NCBI GenBank assembly: GCA_010093995.1
Contig: ML992550.1
Location: 1-32,318 of the forward strand
DNA: 32,318 nucleotides
Source of the DNA: Elsinoe ampelina
Lineage: Eukaryota
Direction: 5' to 3'
Part shown: piece after piece, positions 1 to 11,578 of the stretch
How positions within the stretch are numbered: position 1 is the first letter of the stretch
Layout: every line of letters starts with the position of its first letter
Notes under the pieces: generated by a model
Told to the model about the DNA's origin: nothing
What the model saw: only the letters and a program-made list of their open reading frames with translations
Database searches by the model: none
Translations under genes and position numbers: made by a program

Positions 1-300
1 TTCTTAATAGATTCTAATACTTAAAAAGCAAGATAGTAGAGAATTAACTAATAAATAGAGTAGAAAAGCAACTAAGTAATATACTTGTATAGGGGTAGTT
101 ATACTAGGCTTATAACTGTTAACTTATGTAGGGGAGGAAAAAGGATTAATTACTACCTAATCTACTAAACTAAGGTAGATTATAACTATATAAATACTTA
201 ACCTAATAAACTAAGAGATAGATAAATCAATAGACCTCCTAAGTAACAACAGATTAAGACAATAACTATCTAATTTGATCATGGATTAGTAAAATGGTAA
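1..300. mobile_element. AT-rich, RIP-degenerated repeat/transposon remnant (runs off the left edge)
   Basis: Strongly AT-rich compared with the rest of the window. TA dinucleotides are abundant (tactaggcttataact, tctactaaactaag) and CA/TG are scarce, the signature of repeat-induced point mutation. No ORF. Element family not identifiable. Confidence 0.6.
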
Positions 301-608
301 GATAGTGTTCAGTTCAACCTTGGGATGAACTGAATCAGGGTCTTCTTGGCGCTCCAGCTTATGCCTCGGTTGACACACAGCCCCTCAGCCCCACCATCTC
401 CAAGTGGGGGAGCTTTCCTCTCCATCGGCAAACAACAGACGTCAGAGGTTCACCACCAAGCATCCACATCAAGTCTTCCCAGAGTTCTTCTCGAGCCATT
501 CTTGTACAATATTTCCAAAATCAAATTTCCCATCAGTATTCACAACAAAATATCTCCCCTGCAACCATACGCCTCTCACCCTCTCGCCGCCGCCTCCGGA
601 CCCTCACA

Positions 609-1484
609 ATGCCCCACTCGATTCCCCCTCGCCCTCCATGGCCCAATTCCTCCCCCGCCGCCCTCTCCATAACAATGGACAACATGGCCGAAGCCGCCGA
701 CCTACACCGAGGCCTACACGACCCCTCCACCCCCCTCGGCCAACACCACAGCACCACCACCCAACTCCCGCGCATGCTCGACCTGCTCCGCAGCCGCGGC
801 ATTCACGCGACTTACTTCGTCGAGGGGTGGAACAACGCGCACTATCCCGAGGTGATCAAGAAGGTGCTTGCCGACGGGCACGAGGTGGGGTTCCACGCGT
901 GGCAGCACGAGGTGTGGAAGCTGCTTGATGGGGAGACGGAGGTGGAGAATTTGGACAAGGCGATTGGGGATTTGAAGACGCATGTGGGGGCGACGTACAA
1001 GGGGTTCAGGCCGCCGGGGGGGTTGGTGACGGAGCGGACGCTGGGGTTGATGAAGGAGAGGGGGTTCACGTACCTCTCGCCGGCGGCGGAGCGGTGCGCG
1101 GTGGTGGATGGCGTGGCGATGGTGCCGTTCAGGTGGCCGGAGATTGATGCGTACTTTTACATGGAGAACACGGGGGTGTTAAGGAAGGGGAAGGGGGATG
1201 CGGAGGCGGTGATGACGCCGGTGCAGATGAAGGAGAGGTTGATTGCGCGGATTGAGAGGTTGATGGAGGAAGGGGGATATGTGGCGTTGTTGTTTCATCC
1301 GTTTTTGACGGATAACGAGGAGAAGCATCAGGTCATGAAGGAGGTGGTGGATTTTGTCAAGGAGAAGGAGAAGGAGGGATTATGGGTGGCGCCGTGTAGG
1401 GAGGTAGCGGATTGGGTGTTGAAGAATGAGGTGGCTTTTGGGAATGATCCTGGTTGGGATACGGCAGAGTGGAAGAAGAAGTAA
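609..1484 (+). CDS. Polysaccharide deacetylase (CE4/NodB-like), intronless, no signal peptide, 291 aa
   Basis: CE4 motifs: ITMDN (variant of TFDD), ATYFVEG, GHEVGFHAWQHE (HxxxH metal ligands), GFRPPGG, LLFHPF. Confidence 0.85.
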   Translation: MPHSIPPRPPWPNSSPAALSITMDNMAEAADLHRGLHDPSTPLGQHHSTTTQLPRMLDLLRSRGIHATYFVEGWNNAHYPEVIKKVLADGHEVGFHAWQHEVWKLLDGETEVENLDKAIGDLKTHVGATYKGFRPPGGLVTERTLGLMKERGFTYLSPAAERCAVVDGVAMVPFRWPEIDAYFYMENTGVLRKGKGDAEAVMTPVQMKERLIARIERLMEEGGYVALLFHPFLTDNEEKHQVMKEVVDFVKEKEKEGLWVAPCREVADWVLKNEVAFGNDPGWDTAEWKKK

Positions 1485-1722
1485 GTCAGGGGGATCTGTA
1501 TTGTACATATAATGACTGGGTATCATGACCATGACTTTGTAGCCCGGTGTCCTTGCCCGCCGATGTGACCATTTGTAGACCAAACTCCCACGACAGTGGA
1601 CCAAGATCGGGTTGCCTTGTGGCATGCTTGCAAGCCTGAACTCTGTCCTCTCTTCGCTGAGACCTTCCCTCTCGTTATCGCCAGCATCTTCACCACAGCG
1701 GCCTTGGCATCTGCGCTGTTCT

Positions 1723-2846
1723 TCACATCCATCGACAGCGCTCCTGATAGGCTCGATACTGCTTGGTGATCACCCGTCTGCTCCTGGTGTTCGTCCTCTT
1801 CGCTCCCACCGCCGCACTCCACCTCTGGCTTCCTGCCTGCCATACCCACCTCCTTCTTCGACCAATTCGACCCGACAGCCTCAGCTCTCTCAACTCCAGC
1901 GCGCACCTGTCCTCCATTAGACTCTCCCCTTCGCCTCTCCACACCGTTCCCCTCACCTTCTCGAGATGCCTGAACCACTCTTCCACAACATCCTGCACAT
2001 CGTCTTGGCTCCATAGTCCCACCCCAAGTTCCCCCTCTCTGTCGTATGCCTTTTGAGTTCATACACCCTGACGTACCGCCGCAGCTCACCTTTCAACTCC
2101 TCGTGCCAACCGGCGTGCAAGCCCACAACCTCCAAGATATCCCTCATGGCTGTTTTCAAGACATGTGCGACACACTGCTTGACTACCCACTCAACCATGC
2201 TTCTCTCCTCCCTGGCATCTTTGATACGCTCGTCCTCGGCTTCTTTGAGAGCAAGAGCGCTCATTTGTGCTTCAACCAAGGCAATTTCCGCTCTGACGTT
2301 GGATAGGGTAGAAATATTGTCGTCGATCTTTGTCTGGATGTCGCGGGAAGATAGATGAGCGAAAGGGTGGTTCAAGTCAAGGTCCTTGTCGATGTAAAGG
2401 GACATGATGCGTGTTGTGAGAGACTGTGAGAGGGCGAGCCAGCGGGGCGGTACTGCCGGGGTGAGGGTATTTTGCGACCCGCCGTCCAAACATAGTGGAC
2501 TGACTGGTCTCAGAGTGTTGAGGTCGATTGCATGAATGTGGGACGAGGGAGCGGACAGCAGAACAGGAGGAGACTTGAGTCCTTTGGGATGAGGTGTCCA
2601 ACTGCTGGCATGCTTGACGGGTGCAGCGTCGTTGGAATCTGAAGTACTAGGAGGGATGAAAGCTGGCCCTCCTAATGCACTATCTGCCGGAGATATAGGA
2701 GTGGGCGAGCTCGCGCCGTCGAGGAATTGCGTAGGCATTGCTTTCAGGTCCGCTGGATCGTTATCGCTGGCCTTTGTGCGCATCAATTCGGCAAAGATGC
2801 CTCTCTTCTGTATCGACTTATGGGTCTGCCTCGGTTTTGGTGCCAT
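1723..2846 (-). CDS. Hypothetical protein with a coiled-coil-like segment (tentative 2 exons, ~361 aa)
   Basis: ATG at 2846 (MAPKPRQTHK) in a long ORF containing a helical segment (LSNVRAEIALVEAQMSALALKEAEDERIKDAREE). A putative 38-nt GTACGT...CAG intron (2076-2039) joins it in frame to the 1723..2022 ORF (ELRR/EGELGVGLWSQDDVQ). Without splicing it ends at 1953. Confidence 0.5.
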
Positions 2847-4131
2847 GATCTGGGAGGAATGATATCTGTAGGATTGAAGTGCACAAGTGATAGAAGTGGA
2901 CTTTCTCACTTTGTTGAAGTAAGTCGAGCCATGTGAAATTTGCCATTGTCACCAATTGTCAAGTCTGCACATCACTTGAGCGCGGGACCAGACAATGCTT
3001 GTCCGGTCTGACATGTGCCTGTTCGCCAGCTATGTTTCTACACGCCATTTTGATATCCTTCCTTGATGCGTGCTCAGATCAGCTCAGGGCATTGACCTAA
3101 GTTTCATATGGATGGCAGTGGCATGAAATGTAGGACAAGGAGACAAGTGGAGAAGCAAACACCCAATTGTTGCTAAACAAGCAATTGGCTTGTGTGGAAG
3201 TCTGCAATCCAATGAGCCGACAACACCAAAGAGACACTAGCCTGATTTACCCTTGTTCACCGTCAGTTTACGATGTTGTCAAGGCACAAGTCACTTGTCG
3301 ACGGAGGAGTCAAGAATATGGCCATGAAGCCGGGGAACAACCACGTAATCTTGTGACAGCCTCTGTTGCACCTTGCACGACATTGAGGCAACACCATTGG
3401 ACCACATTGACCTCTCGACAGTCAGTACCGATACCGATCCATCAGCCGCAAGCTCGTGAAGGAATGTAGAGAGGGTTGATGAAGTTGGAGTCAGACGATG
3501 GATAGCGGACAGGGCTTGTTTGCATACGCCTCAGGCCGGCAGGCCCGGAACACACAAGTGCGGCATAAAACTTCCATCTTCTACTTATCTTCTCATTCTT
3601 CCTTCTCAAGCCCGATTTCTGACATCTTGCCCTTCCATATCGCTCGTACTCGTATTGGAGTCATCAGGGGTCAGCGATCGTTGGCGATGGATGAACCGAG
3701 AAAGCAGCTCGTGAGCCCAAGTTATGCACGGCCGGACACGGAATGCATAACTCGACACGTCAACGACCGAGGCAGCAACCAAGGGACGTCCGCATCTCCA
3801 CCACCATGTCGAGCTGTGAGCGTGGAGAGCATGAAACATCGACCATCAGCCAATCCCCTCGCCGGCATTGGATTCGCACTGCATCCCATGCTGGCATGGC
3901 AAGGTCTATGCGCCGTCTCTATGCACGGCTCGAAATGTCCCGACACTAGATGCTCTATCAAGTCTTAGATTGCTTGCACAATTCTGGAACCCCCGCATCA
4001 TTTTGGCAGGGTTGGCAGGGATGTTCGAGACGCCAAGTACAGTATCAAAGCCTATTCCTCTGAAGGTATATTAGTCTGCAAGACTACCGTTTCAACCCAA
4101 CAACATCGTGATGAGCTCTTGATACCCGCCC

Positions 4132-5778
4132 ATGGAATCAGCCATTCCCCTCCCGCAAAGGTTCGATGAGGCTCTTCAGCCTGTCCTACGCATCTCTGAT
4201 CAAGTCCCCTTACCCAAATACTTACAAACCACTGCTATCATTGTCCTGCTCTCAACAGCCTACTCACTCATCACACGAGAACGACCTTGGGCGGGAATTC
4301 CAGTTGTTCAGCCGACTGAATTGAAATGGATACCGAGCATAGGATGGATGAAGTCCGGCAAGGACATGCTCTTCCAGGGCCTGTCACAGACCAAAGGAGC
4401 CTTCCAGGTGGTCACCGGTACAGGCCCAAAGATTGTTCTGCCCAACAGATACGCAGATGAACTCAGGAACCATCCAGACCTCAACTTTCCCAAGGCATTT
4501 GCAAAAGATCTCTTTATCAACTACCCTGGCTTTGAGCCTCACAAGACTGGTCTCACGGACGGCACTTTCATCCAGGAAGTCGTCCGCGTCAAGCTGACAC
4601 AGTCGCTCAATCTTGTCACGAACGATTTGGTCGAGGAGTGTACCGAAGCATTCCACGACCTGCTAGGAGAAGATCCCGAATGGCACACTGTCCAAATCAA
4701 GCAGGATATCTTGGATCTAGTTGCCCGACTCTCTTCGCGAGTCTTCCTCGGCAAAGACCTTGCCCACAACAAGCGCTGGTTGGAGATTGCCAAAGAATAC
4801 ACCGTTGATTCGTTCGCCGGCGCTTTCGAGCTCCGGATCATCCCGGGCTTCATTCGACCTATCGTGCACTGGTTCCTGCCACGATGTCGACGACTACGAG
4901 CAGCGGTCCGCGATGCGGAAACACTCATCATGCCTGAAGTACAGCGACGGATTGAGCGTGTACAGAAGGCTCAAGCTGCTGGTATCAAGCCACCCAAGAC
5001 GTCTGACACGATTGGCTGGATGTACGAAGTGTCCCGAGGTCGGAAGGTGAACTACGCACACGGCCAGCTGAGCTTGAGTTTGGCTGCTATTCACACTACT
5101 TCTGAGACGACTACTCAGGCCATCTATGACCTGTGTACATATCCTGAAATCCAGGAGCAACTGAGGGAAGAGGTCGTTCAGGTTCTCAGTGCCGAGGGTT
5201 GGGCAAAAACTTCTCTGTACAAGCTCAAGCTCATGGACAGCTTCCTCAAGGAGAGCCAAAGGGTCAATAACATGTCATGGGGTACGTCATCTTCTTGTTG
5301 TACCGATCTCATTGCTGACCTTCTCGCAGCTTCCATGAATCGATTTGTCGAAAAGGACATCACTCTATCCGATGGTACCAAGCTCCCCAAAGGTGCCCGC
5401 ATCATGGTCACAGCCGAGACTTACAGAGATCCCGATATCTACCATCAGCCAGACACCTTCGAAGCTGATCGTTTCTTGAAGCTCCGCAACCAAGCTGGTG
5501 AAGAGAACAATTGGCAGTTCGTCACGACCAGTCCTAAGCATATGCTGTTCGGCCATGGACAGCACGCCTGCCCAGGTCGCTTCTTCGCCAGCAACGAGAT
5601 CAAGATCGCTCTCTGCTTCTTCTTGCTCAAGTACGACATGAAGTTGCAGGACGGTCAGAGCAGACCGATTGGCATGCAATTCGAAGGCAATGCCATGAGT
5701 GCTGATGAGAAAATCTTGCTCAGGAGGAGACAGGAGGAGATCAAGATTGATATCACTGAGCCAGTGCCGGAGACGTAG
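4132..5778 (+). CDS. Cytochrome P450 monooxygenase (fungal secondary-metabolism type), 2 exons, 532 aa
   Basis: N-terminal membrane anchor, I-helix LAAIHTTS, K-helix KESQR, FEADRF, heme motif FGHGQHACPGRFFA. In-frame 48-nt intron 5282-5329 (GTACGT...GCTGAC...CAG). Confidence 0.95.
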   Translation: MESAIPLPQRFDEALQPVLRISDQVPLPKYLQTTAIIVLLSTAYSLITRERPWAGIPVVQPTELKWIPSIGWMKSGKDMLFQGLSQTKGAFQVVTGTGPKIVLPNRYADELRNHPDLNFPKAFAKDLFINYPGFEPHKTGLTDGTFIQEVVRVKLTQSLNLVTNDLVEECTEAFHDLLGEDPEWHTVQIKQDILDLVARLSSRVFLGKDLAHNKRWLEIAKEYTVDSFAGAFELRIIPGFIRPIVHWFLPRCRRLRAAVRDAETLIMPEVQRRIERVQKAQAAGIKPPKTSDTIGWMYEVSRGRKVNYAHGQLSLSLAAIHTTSETTTQAIYDLCTYPEIQEQLREEVVQVLSAEGWAKTSLYKLKLMDSFLKESQRVNNMSWGTSSSCCTDLIADLLAASMNRFVEKDITLSDGTKLPKGARIMVTAETYRDPDIYHQPDTFEADRFLKLRNQAGEENNWQFVTTSPKHMLFGHGQHACPGRFFASNEIKIALCFFLLKYDMKLQDGQSRPIGMQFEGNAMSADEKILLRRRQEEIKIDITEPVPET

Positions 5779-6158
5779 TGTTGCCTGAATTGGTGTCGAA
5801 CCTGGTTGTGTGTAGACTTGGTCTCGTCGTTCCAAGCCGGTGAATATACCGTAGTTTTCCATGCCCCTCCCGATCATGACATGAAACGAAGAACTCGCTG
5901 CCCTTGTCCTTGGCCCAGATCGCGTGGTGAACCCACCTCCAGCCGGGCAACCAATCAGCTTCCGTTCTGAATGCGGCCATGATGGCATCGCAACCCTCGG
6001 ACCTTGAATTGTCCAAGTCAATTTCTCGGTCAGAAACGAAACTCTCACTTTAGCCATGATCACGACACGCGTGCGGGCGCGCAATTGAACGAAAGCAACA
6101 AAAGTACATATTTATCCCCTCTTAATCGCCTGCGCGAAGTCGCATCGAAGCATACACA

Positions 6159-9063
6159 ATGGCTCTCGACAGACAGGAATATCCGGCCATGCTGGTAAGA
6201 TTGCCCCGAAGCCTCCGGCGCAGGACTATACTGATGCTGCCAGGCCACGCTGCAGCCCTCGGAAGCAGTGCAGATTCTCGACAGTCGAGTTAAGCTAGTC
6301 AGCCAGATCAATAGCGGTATTGCAGATTGGCTGCAGGTCTGTCATCCCAGACAATCCGACACGCGCACAACGCTGAAACAACATAGGAGAGACGGAGACT
6401 CGAGGAACAGTACTCGCAAGGACTGCGGAAGCTGTCGCGTCGGCCGGCGCTGGCAGATCCGCAAGAGCTAGGGTGGGTGAGCATACACCAGAGCATGGAA
6501 CGAAGCTGACAAGTCAGTGTGTTCGCGACTCCCTGGTCAGCCTTGGTATCAGCACTGGATACACTAGCAGACACCCACCACAACCTCGCGCAGAAGATAG
6601 AAGCAGATGTTGAGACACCGCTGCGACTATTCAACTCGCAACATCGCGACATGACAGCCATGGGGAACATCCAGGGGAATCTGCAATCTTTGGCCAAGGA
6701 CATTGACGGCGCGCAAAAGAAGCTGGACAAGCTAGGTCAAAAGGGCACAGTGCAAAAAGTGGCGGCAGCGAGCAAGGACTTGGACACTGCGCAAGCGCAA
6801 TGGGAGGCTCAAGCACCCTTTGTGTTTGAGAGCCTTCAGGCGCTGGACGAGAATCGACTGAATCATTTGCGCGACGTGCTCACGCAATTTCAGACGCATG
6901 AGGTGGACAAGGTGGAGCGAAATAGGATCGCGGCTGAGCAATGTCTAAATGTCTTGCTCACGGTGGAGACGGCGGATGAGATCAAGACATTTGCCATGCG
7001 CACGAGTAGTGGTGAGCGCCCGACTACGGCTAGGAGACCGCAAGGTATCCAGCAGAGTGCTAGTGTGAGTAGTCTGCCACCTGTAACCACGCCCGGACCT
7101 AGCGACGACAGGGCAAGCCAACGAAGTGATTCAGGTAAGTCACGTGTACGGAGGACGATAGTAGCAGGATTCTCACAGCCAGCAGTATCCGATCTACCGA
7201 CACCAAAAGCGGAAAAACCGCGGGGGCTTAGAAGGCTCGGAACTGTGCTCGGCCGGAGAAGAGAAAGCAAGATTCCGCCAGGTGCGGGAAGGATAGCAGA
7301 GAGCCCTGAACGAACACCGGAGAAGCGACCGAGCAGATTACCCAACAGCTCCACCTTTAGCTCCTTCTCGCGACGAAGTAAAGACCCGGCGCCGACATTG
7401 GAGCCTCCGAGAGAGGATGAAGCAGAGCGCCCACGGTCACCCCTTCGGACAGTATCTAGTCGATCGGACGCAGAGAGACCGCAGGAGTTACCAACGACGA
7501 ATGGCGCTGTGGAGGCTGTTATACCAAATGGAAGCCACCAAAGTGATCTTGCAGGACTGAATTTGGACACCCCACGGCAATTGAGCGAGGCGCCAACAGC
7601 GACGACCGACGGCGAGGTGAGCAGACTCCGAGATAGATACATGGCCGATACTGACGAACGACAGCCGGAGAAGATGGCAGACAAGGGCAAAGCACCAAGC
7701 CTGGATCCAATATCTGCAGCCGAGCAACAAGCAGCAGAGGGAGGCGGATCGGAACAAGGCGTCCCGTCCTTCAAGGTAGATATCAAGGATGCACCTGCAA
7801 CGCAAGAGGCGGGGGATGCAGATGCTCTAGCCGCAATATCGACTACGCTCAGAATGGTTTGTTGCAGTATCTTGCCTCGTGCATCACAACTGACGTTCCC
7901 AGCAAGCGCCTTCGACCGTGGGAGGTAGACGAACGAATACCGTGCGAGGCCGTCGCGACAACCGAGCTAGCATATACGACTCGCTTCCGTCGGTCGTTCC
8001 TGGTCAATTCACGATGCCGCCTGCAGTCCCTCAAGCTCAAGGAATACCCGAGGAGCCCGCATCACCAATTCAAACTTCTGCCGCGAGTGTGCCAATCAGT
8101 TCACCTCAGCCATCAGCACCCGTTTCGCTTCCATCCACGACTGCATTTACTCCGTTCAGCTCTGCAGTACCACACTCCCCACTTTCTGCCATTCGTCCAG
8201 CATCTGCTCAAAGAGACGACGCAGGTAGTGTGCGATCTGGCCGCTCGCACACGTCTACTGCCTCTGCCTCCCATCGCCATCCTGATCTGATCTCTCCTGG
8301 ACTCAACACGAGCATAATAGAAACAGTCTCCGCGTGGTTCGAGAATGGCACACATACTCGTTCTCTCGTTATCGGCGAGGTAGCGGTCGCTTACAACAAT
8401 CCCATTGCCTCTTCCGAGACCGAAGTCATTCGCCTCACCCACTTTGACAAGCTCGACAAAGTCGCTCCTAATCCGGCTTTCCTCAGCAACAAGAGCGATG
8501 AAGCAGGTGTCTACAACCTCAATCTCGGCCAATTAGGCAAAGGCAAACAAACAGCGTTCAAATACCAACTGAACTCCGCCATCTCTGAGGGAGGCAAACT
8601 AGCCCCCCTAATCCTCCAGCCGGTCTGGAAAATCGAAGCAGGCCAAGCCAGCGTCATCCTCAGCTACAGCGCCAACCCCGCCTTTGGCACCGATGACGAG
8701 ATCCTCCTCAAAGACGTCACCCTCGTCCTCCACCTCGGCGAAGGCACCAAAAGCAGCAGCTGTCTCAGCAAACCCGTCGGAACATTCAGCAAAGAGCGCG
8801 GCGTCATCTACTGGACGCTCGGCGAAGTGAAGCTGCGCAAAGGCGAGACAGGAAAGGTACTCGCGCGGTTCCAGACCGAGGGTCAGGCAAAGGTGGGTAA
8901 GGCGGAGGCGAGGTGGACGTTTGAGGGGTCGGGAGGAAGCGGGGTGGAGCTGGAGAGGAGGGAGGAGGATCCATTCAGTGATGGAGAGGGGGGCATTTGG
9001 AAGGGGTTGGAGGAAGGGAAGGTGAGGAGGAGACTGGTGGGTGGGACGTATCAGGGCGTGTAG
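6159..9063 (+). CDS. SYP1: Muniscin/FCHo-family endocytic adaptor (F-BAR, disordered linker, mu-homology domain), 7 exons, ~871 aa
   Basis: Exons 6159-6194, 6244-6336, 6387-6472, 6518-7134, 7186-7616, 7665-7856, 7903-9063 (frame-consistent). N-terminus MALDRQEYPAML...IADWLQERRRLEEQYSQGLRKL. C-terminal muniscin domain GLNTSIIETVSAWFENG...GEVAVAYN...LAPLILQPVWKIE. Confidence 0.88.
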
Positions 9064-9392
9064 ATAATGTGTGTAATTTGGGTGTGGACGAATGTGTTTC
9101 ATACGTGCGCGCTTGTGCTGCTTGTTGCTGTCCTTGTGACGACCATGCTATATCAAGAGTGATATGAAGGTGTTGGCTAGATTGCGTCCCTGAAACATGC
9201 TGGTTGTGAGGGTGGCGGCTTGAAAGCATCGCGTTGAAGCTATAACCTAACGCCATCTTCCATGTCACATCCTTCAACCACAGTCGCACAACATCCTGAA
9301 GTCTCATCCACTTCACATCACGGCGATAGAGGGCTACTCAAAAACGAATATGGCCTAGGATAAACACCAATTAATTGTTTGTAATTTCGATC

Positions 9393-11241
9393 ATGTCATC
9401 CTCCGCAACCTCTGCGGCGGCGAAAGGGGCCACGTACTTGATAGCACTACAGGTCTCATCTAGGGCATTAACGTTCCTTCTTAATCAGATCTTACTTCGG
9501 TTTCTGACACCGGCTACACTGGGCAGAGCTGTACAACTTGAGCTATACTCGATCAGTGTCCTTTTCTTCGCAAGAGAGAGTCTGCGAGTGGCTGTCCAGA
9601 GAGTTGGTTCAACTCCATCAGAGGCAGCTCCAGATGCCACCAAGTCAGAGAACAATCCTACGACTGGAAAGCCAACACAATCTTCGGGAGGGTCGAGTCA
9701 GTCTTCTAAAGCGGTACAGACGGTGGTCAACCTCTCGTACCTATCCTTGGTCCTGGGCATACCACTGGCTCTTCTCTTGGGATATGCATCATGGAAAGGA
9801 CTATCTGGTACGACCGAGTCGAGCACACCCTACATTGGACATGCAATGTTTCTCTACGGACTGGCTGCCATTGTTGAGCTGGCCTCGGAGCCTGGTTTCG
9901 TAGCAGCACAGGCTCTACTCCTTTTCAAGGTCCGGGCTGGAGCCGAAGCAGCAGCGACAGTAGTCAAGACATTCTCGACGGTTGGCAGTGCCATATTCGC
10001 GCATCGAAACGGTCTAGACATAGGCGTCCTCCCCTTCGCCCTCGGACAACTGGCATTCGCCTCAACCCTCCTAGTCTACTACGCCTTCAAGCTCATCCCC
10101 CAAGGCCAACGAGACGGCTTCTCCCTCCTACCCGCCTTCCTCCCCCCACCATCCTCAAAGGCTCCCACCAGCCCAAAGCCTCGACAACCCGAATACCTCC
10201 TCTCCCTCCTCTCCCTCCCCCTCCTCCGCATCGCCACCTCCCTCACCATCCAATCAACCCTCAAATACATCCTCACCCAAGGCGACTCCCTCCTCATCAC
10301 CGCCCTGGCCTCGCTCCCAGACCAAGGCTCCTACGCCCTCGCCTCCAACTACGGCGGTCTGATAGCCCGCATGCTCTTCCAACCCATCGAAGAAACATCC
10401 CGCAACCTCTTCGCGAAGCTCTGCTCATCCCCACCCCCCACCCCATCCTCTCCCCCCACCCCATCCCCCCATCCCCTCCCCCCCTCGCCCCCCTCCCCTT
10501 CCATCCTCCGCGCCCGACAGATCCTCGTGACAATTCTAAAATCCTACCTCCTCCTGTCCCTCCCCATCCTCACCCTCGGCCCCTCCCTCGCCCCCACCCT
10601 CCTCCACCTCATCGCCGGTCCCCGCTGGCTCGCCCTGGGCGCAGGTGACGTCCTCGCTTCGTACGCGTACTACATCCCCCTCCTCGCGCTCAACGGGGTG
10701 TTGGAAGCTTTCGTATCGGCCACGGCAACGAACAGGGAGTTGTACGGGCAGAGTCTCTTCATGGGGGCGTGGTTTCTGGCGTTTGCGGGGACGGCGTGGG
10801 TCGGGGTTGGGAGGATGGGGTGGGGGGCGAAAGGGGTGGTGTTCGCCAATGGGGTGAATATGATGGGGAGGATCGGGTGGGGGTGGGGGTTTGTTGGGGG
10901 GTGGTTTGCGGGCAGGGGAGGGGTGAGTGGTTCTGGTCATGCTGGGATGGGAGGGAGGGCTAATGTTGTGCAGGAGTTGGGGTTGGTGGATGTTTTGCCG
11001 AGGGGAGGGAGTGTGGCGGCTGCGGTGGCGGTGCCGGTTGTGTTGAGGGGGACGGAGGGGTGGTTGGGTGGGTTTGGGGTTGTGGGGGAGTTGGTGAGGA
11101 ATGGGGTCGTGGGTTTGGGGTTGATGGGGGCGATGTGAGTGTGATGGGTGAGAGGAGGGAGTGGATGCTGACTTTTGTAGTGCGGTGTTTGAGAGGGAGT
11201 TCTTTAGGGAGTGTTATGGGTTGGTCAATTCCTCACGCTAG
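9393..11241 (+). CDS. RFT1: Rft1 oligosaccharide (Man5GlcNAc2-PP-Dol) translocation protein, 2 exons, ~600 aa
   Basis: LQVSSRALTFLLNQILLRFL, LELYSISVLFFARESLRVA, LKYILTQGD, YALASNYGGLIARMLFQPIEE, YIPLLALNGVLEAFV. Intron 11135-11180 (GTGAGT...GCTGAC...TAG); last exon reads AVFEREFFRECYGLVNSSR*. Confidence 0.93.
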
Positions 11242-11578
11242 GGCAATGTCATCTCTGGGGGAGGACTCCCGAAGTGCTGTATCAGATCGGGAGCGTACTT
11301 AGGGTCACAGGATGCAGCCTCACACTGCCCCGTAGATATGTTTTATGAGCGTACCTTCGTAGACACCGGTGGATATTCGGCGTTGACATAGCAAGGCTGC
11401 CGATCCCACTCACCTCAGTCACATACAGTCTGCACAGTGTGATCCGGTCAAGCTATATACTCAGCTCTCATGCGCTCGTCCCAATTGTCTATCCTACTCC
11501 TCCGCTCCAATTCATGCCCAACGCTACTCCTATCGCCAACCACCACCTCGTCATCCCCATCAACTGCCCTTCCCTCCA

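Noticed and set aside
2910..4130. ORFs of 64-156 aa upstream of the P450
   Set aside because: No recognisable motifs, codon bias or coherent splice structure; likely promoter/intergenic DNA.
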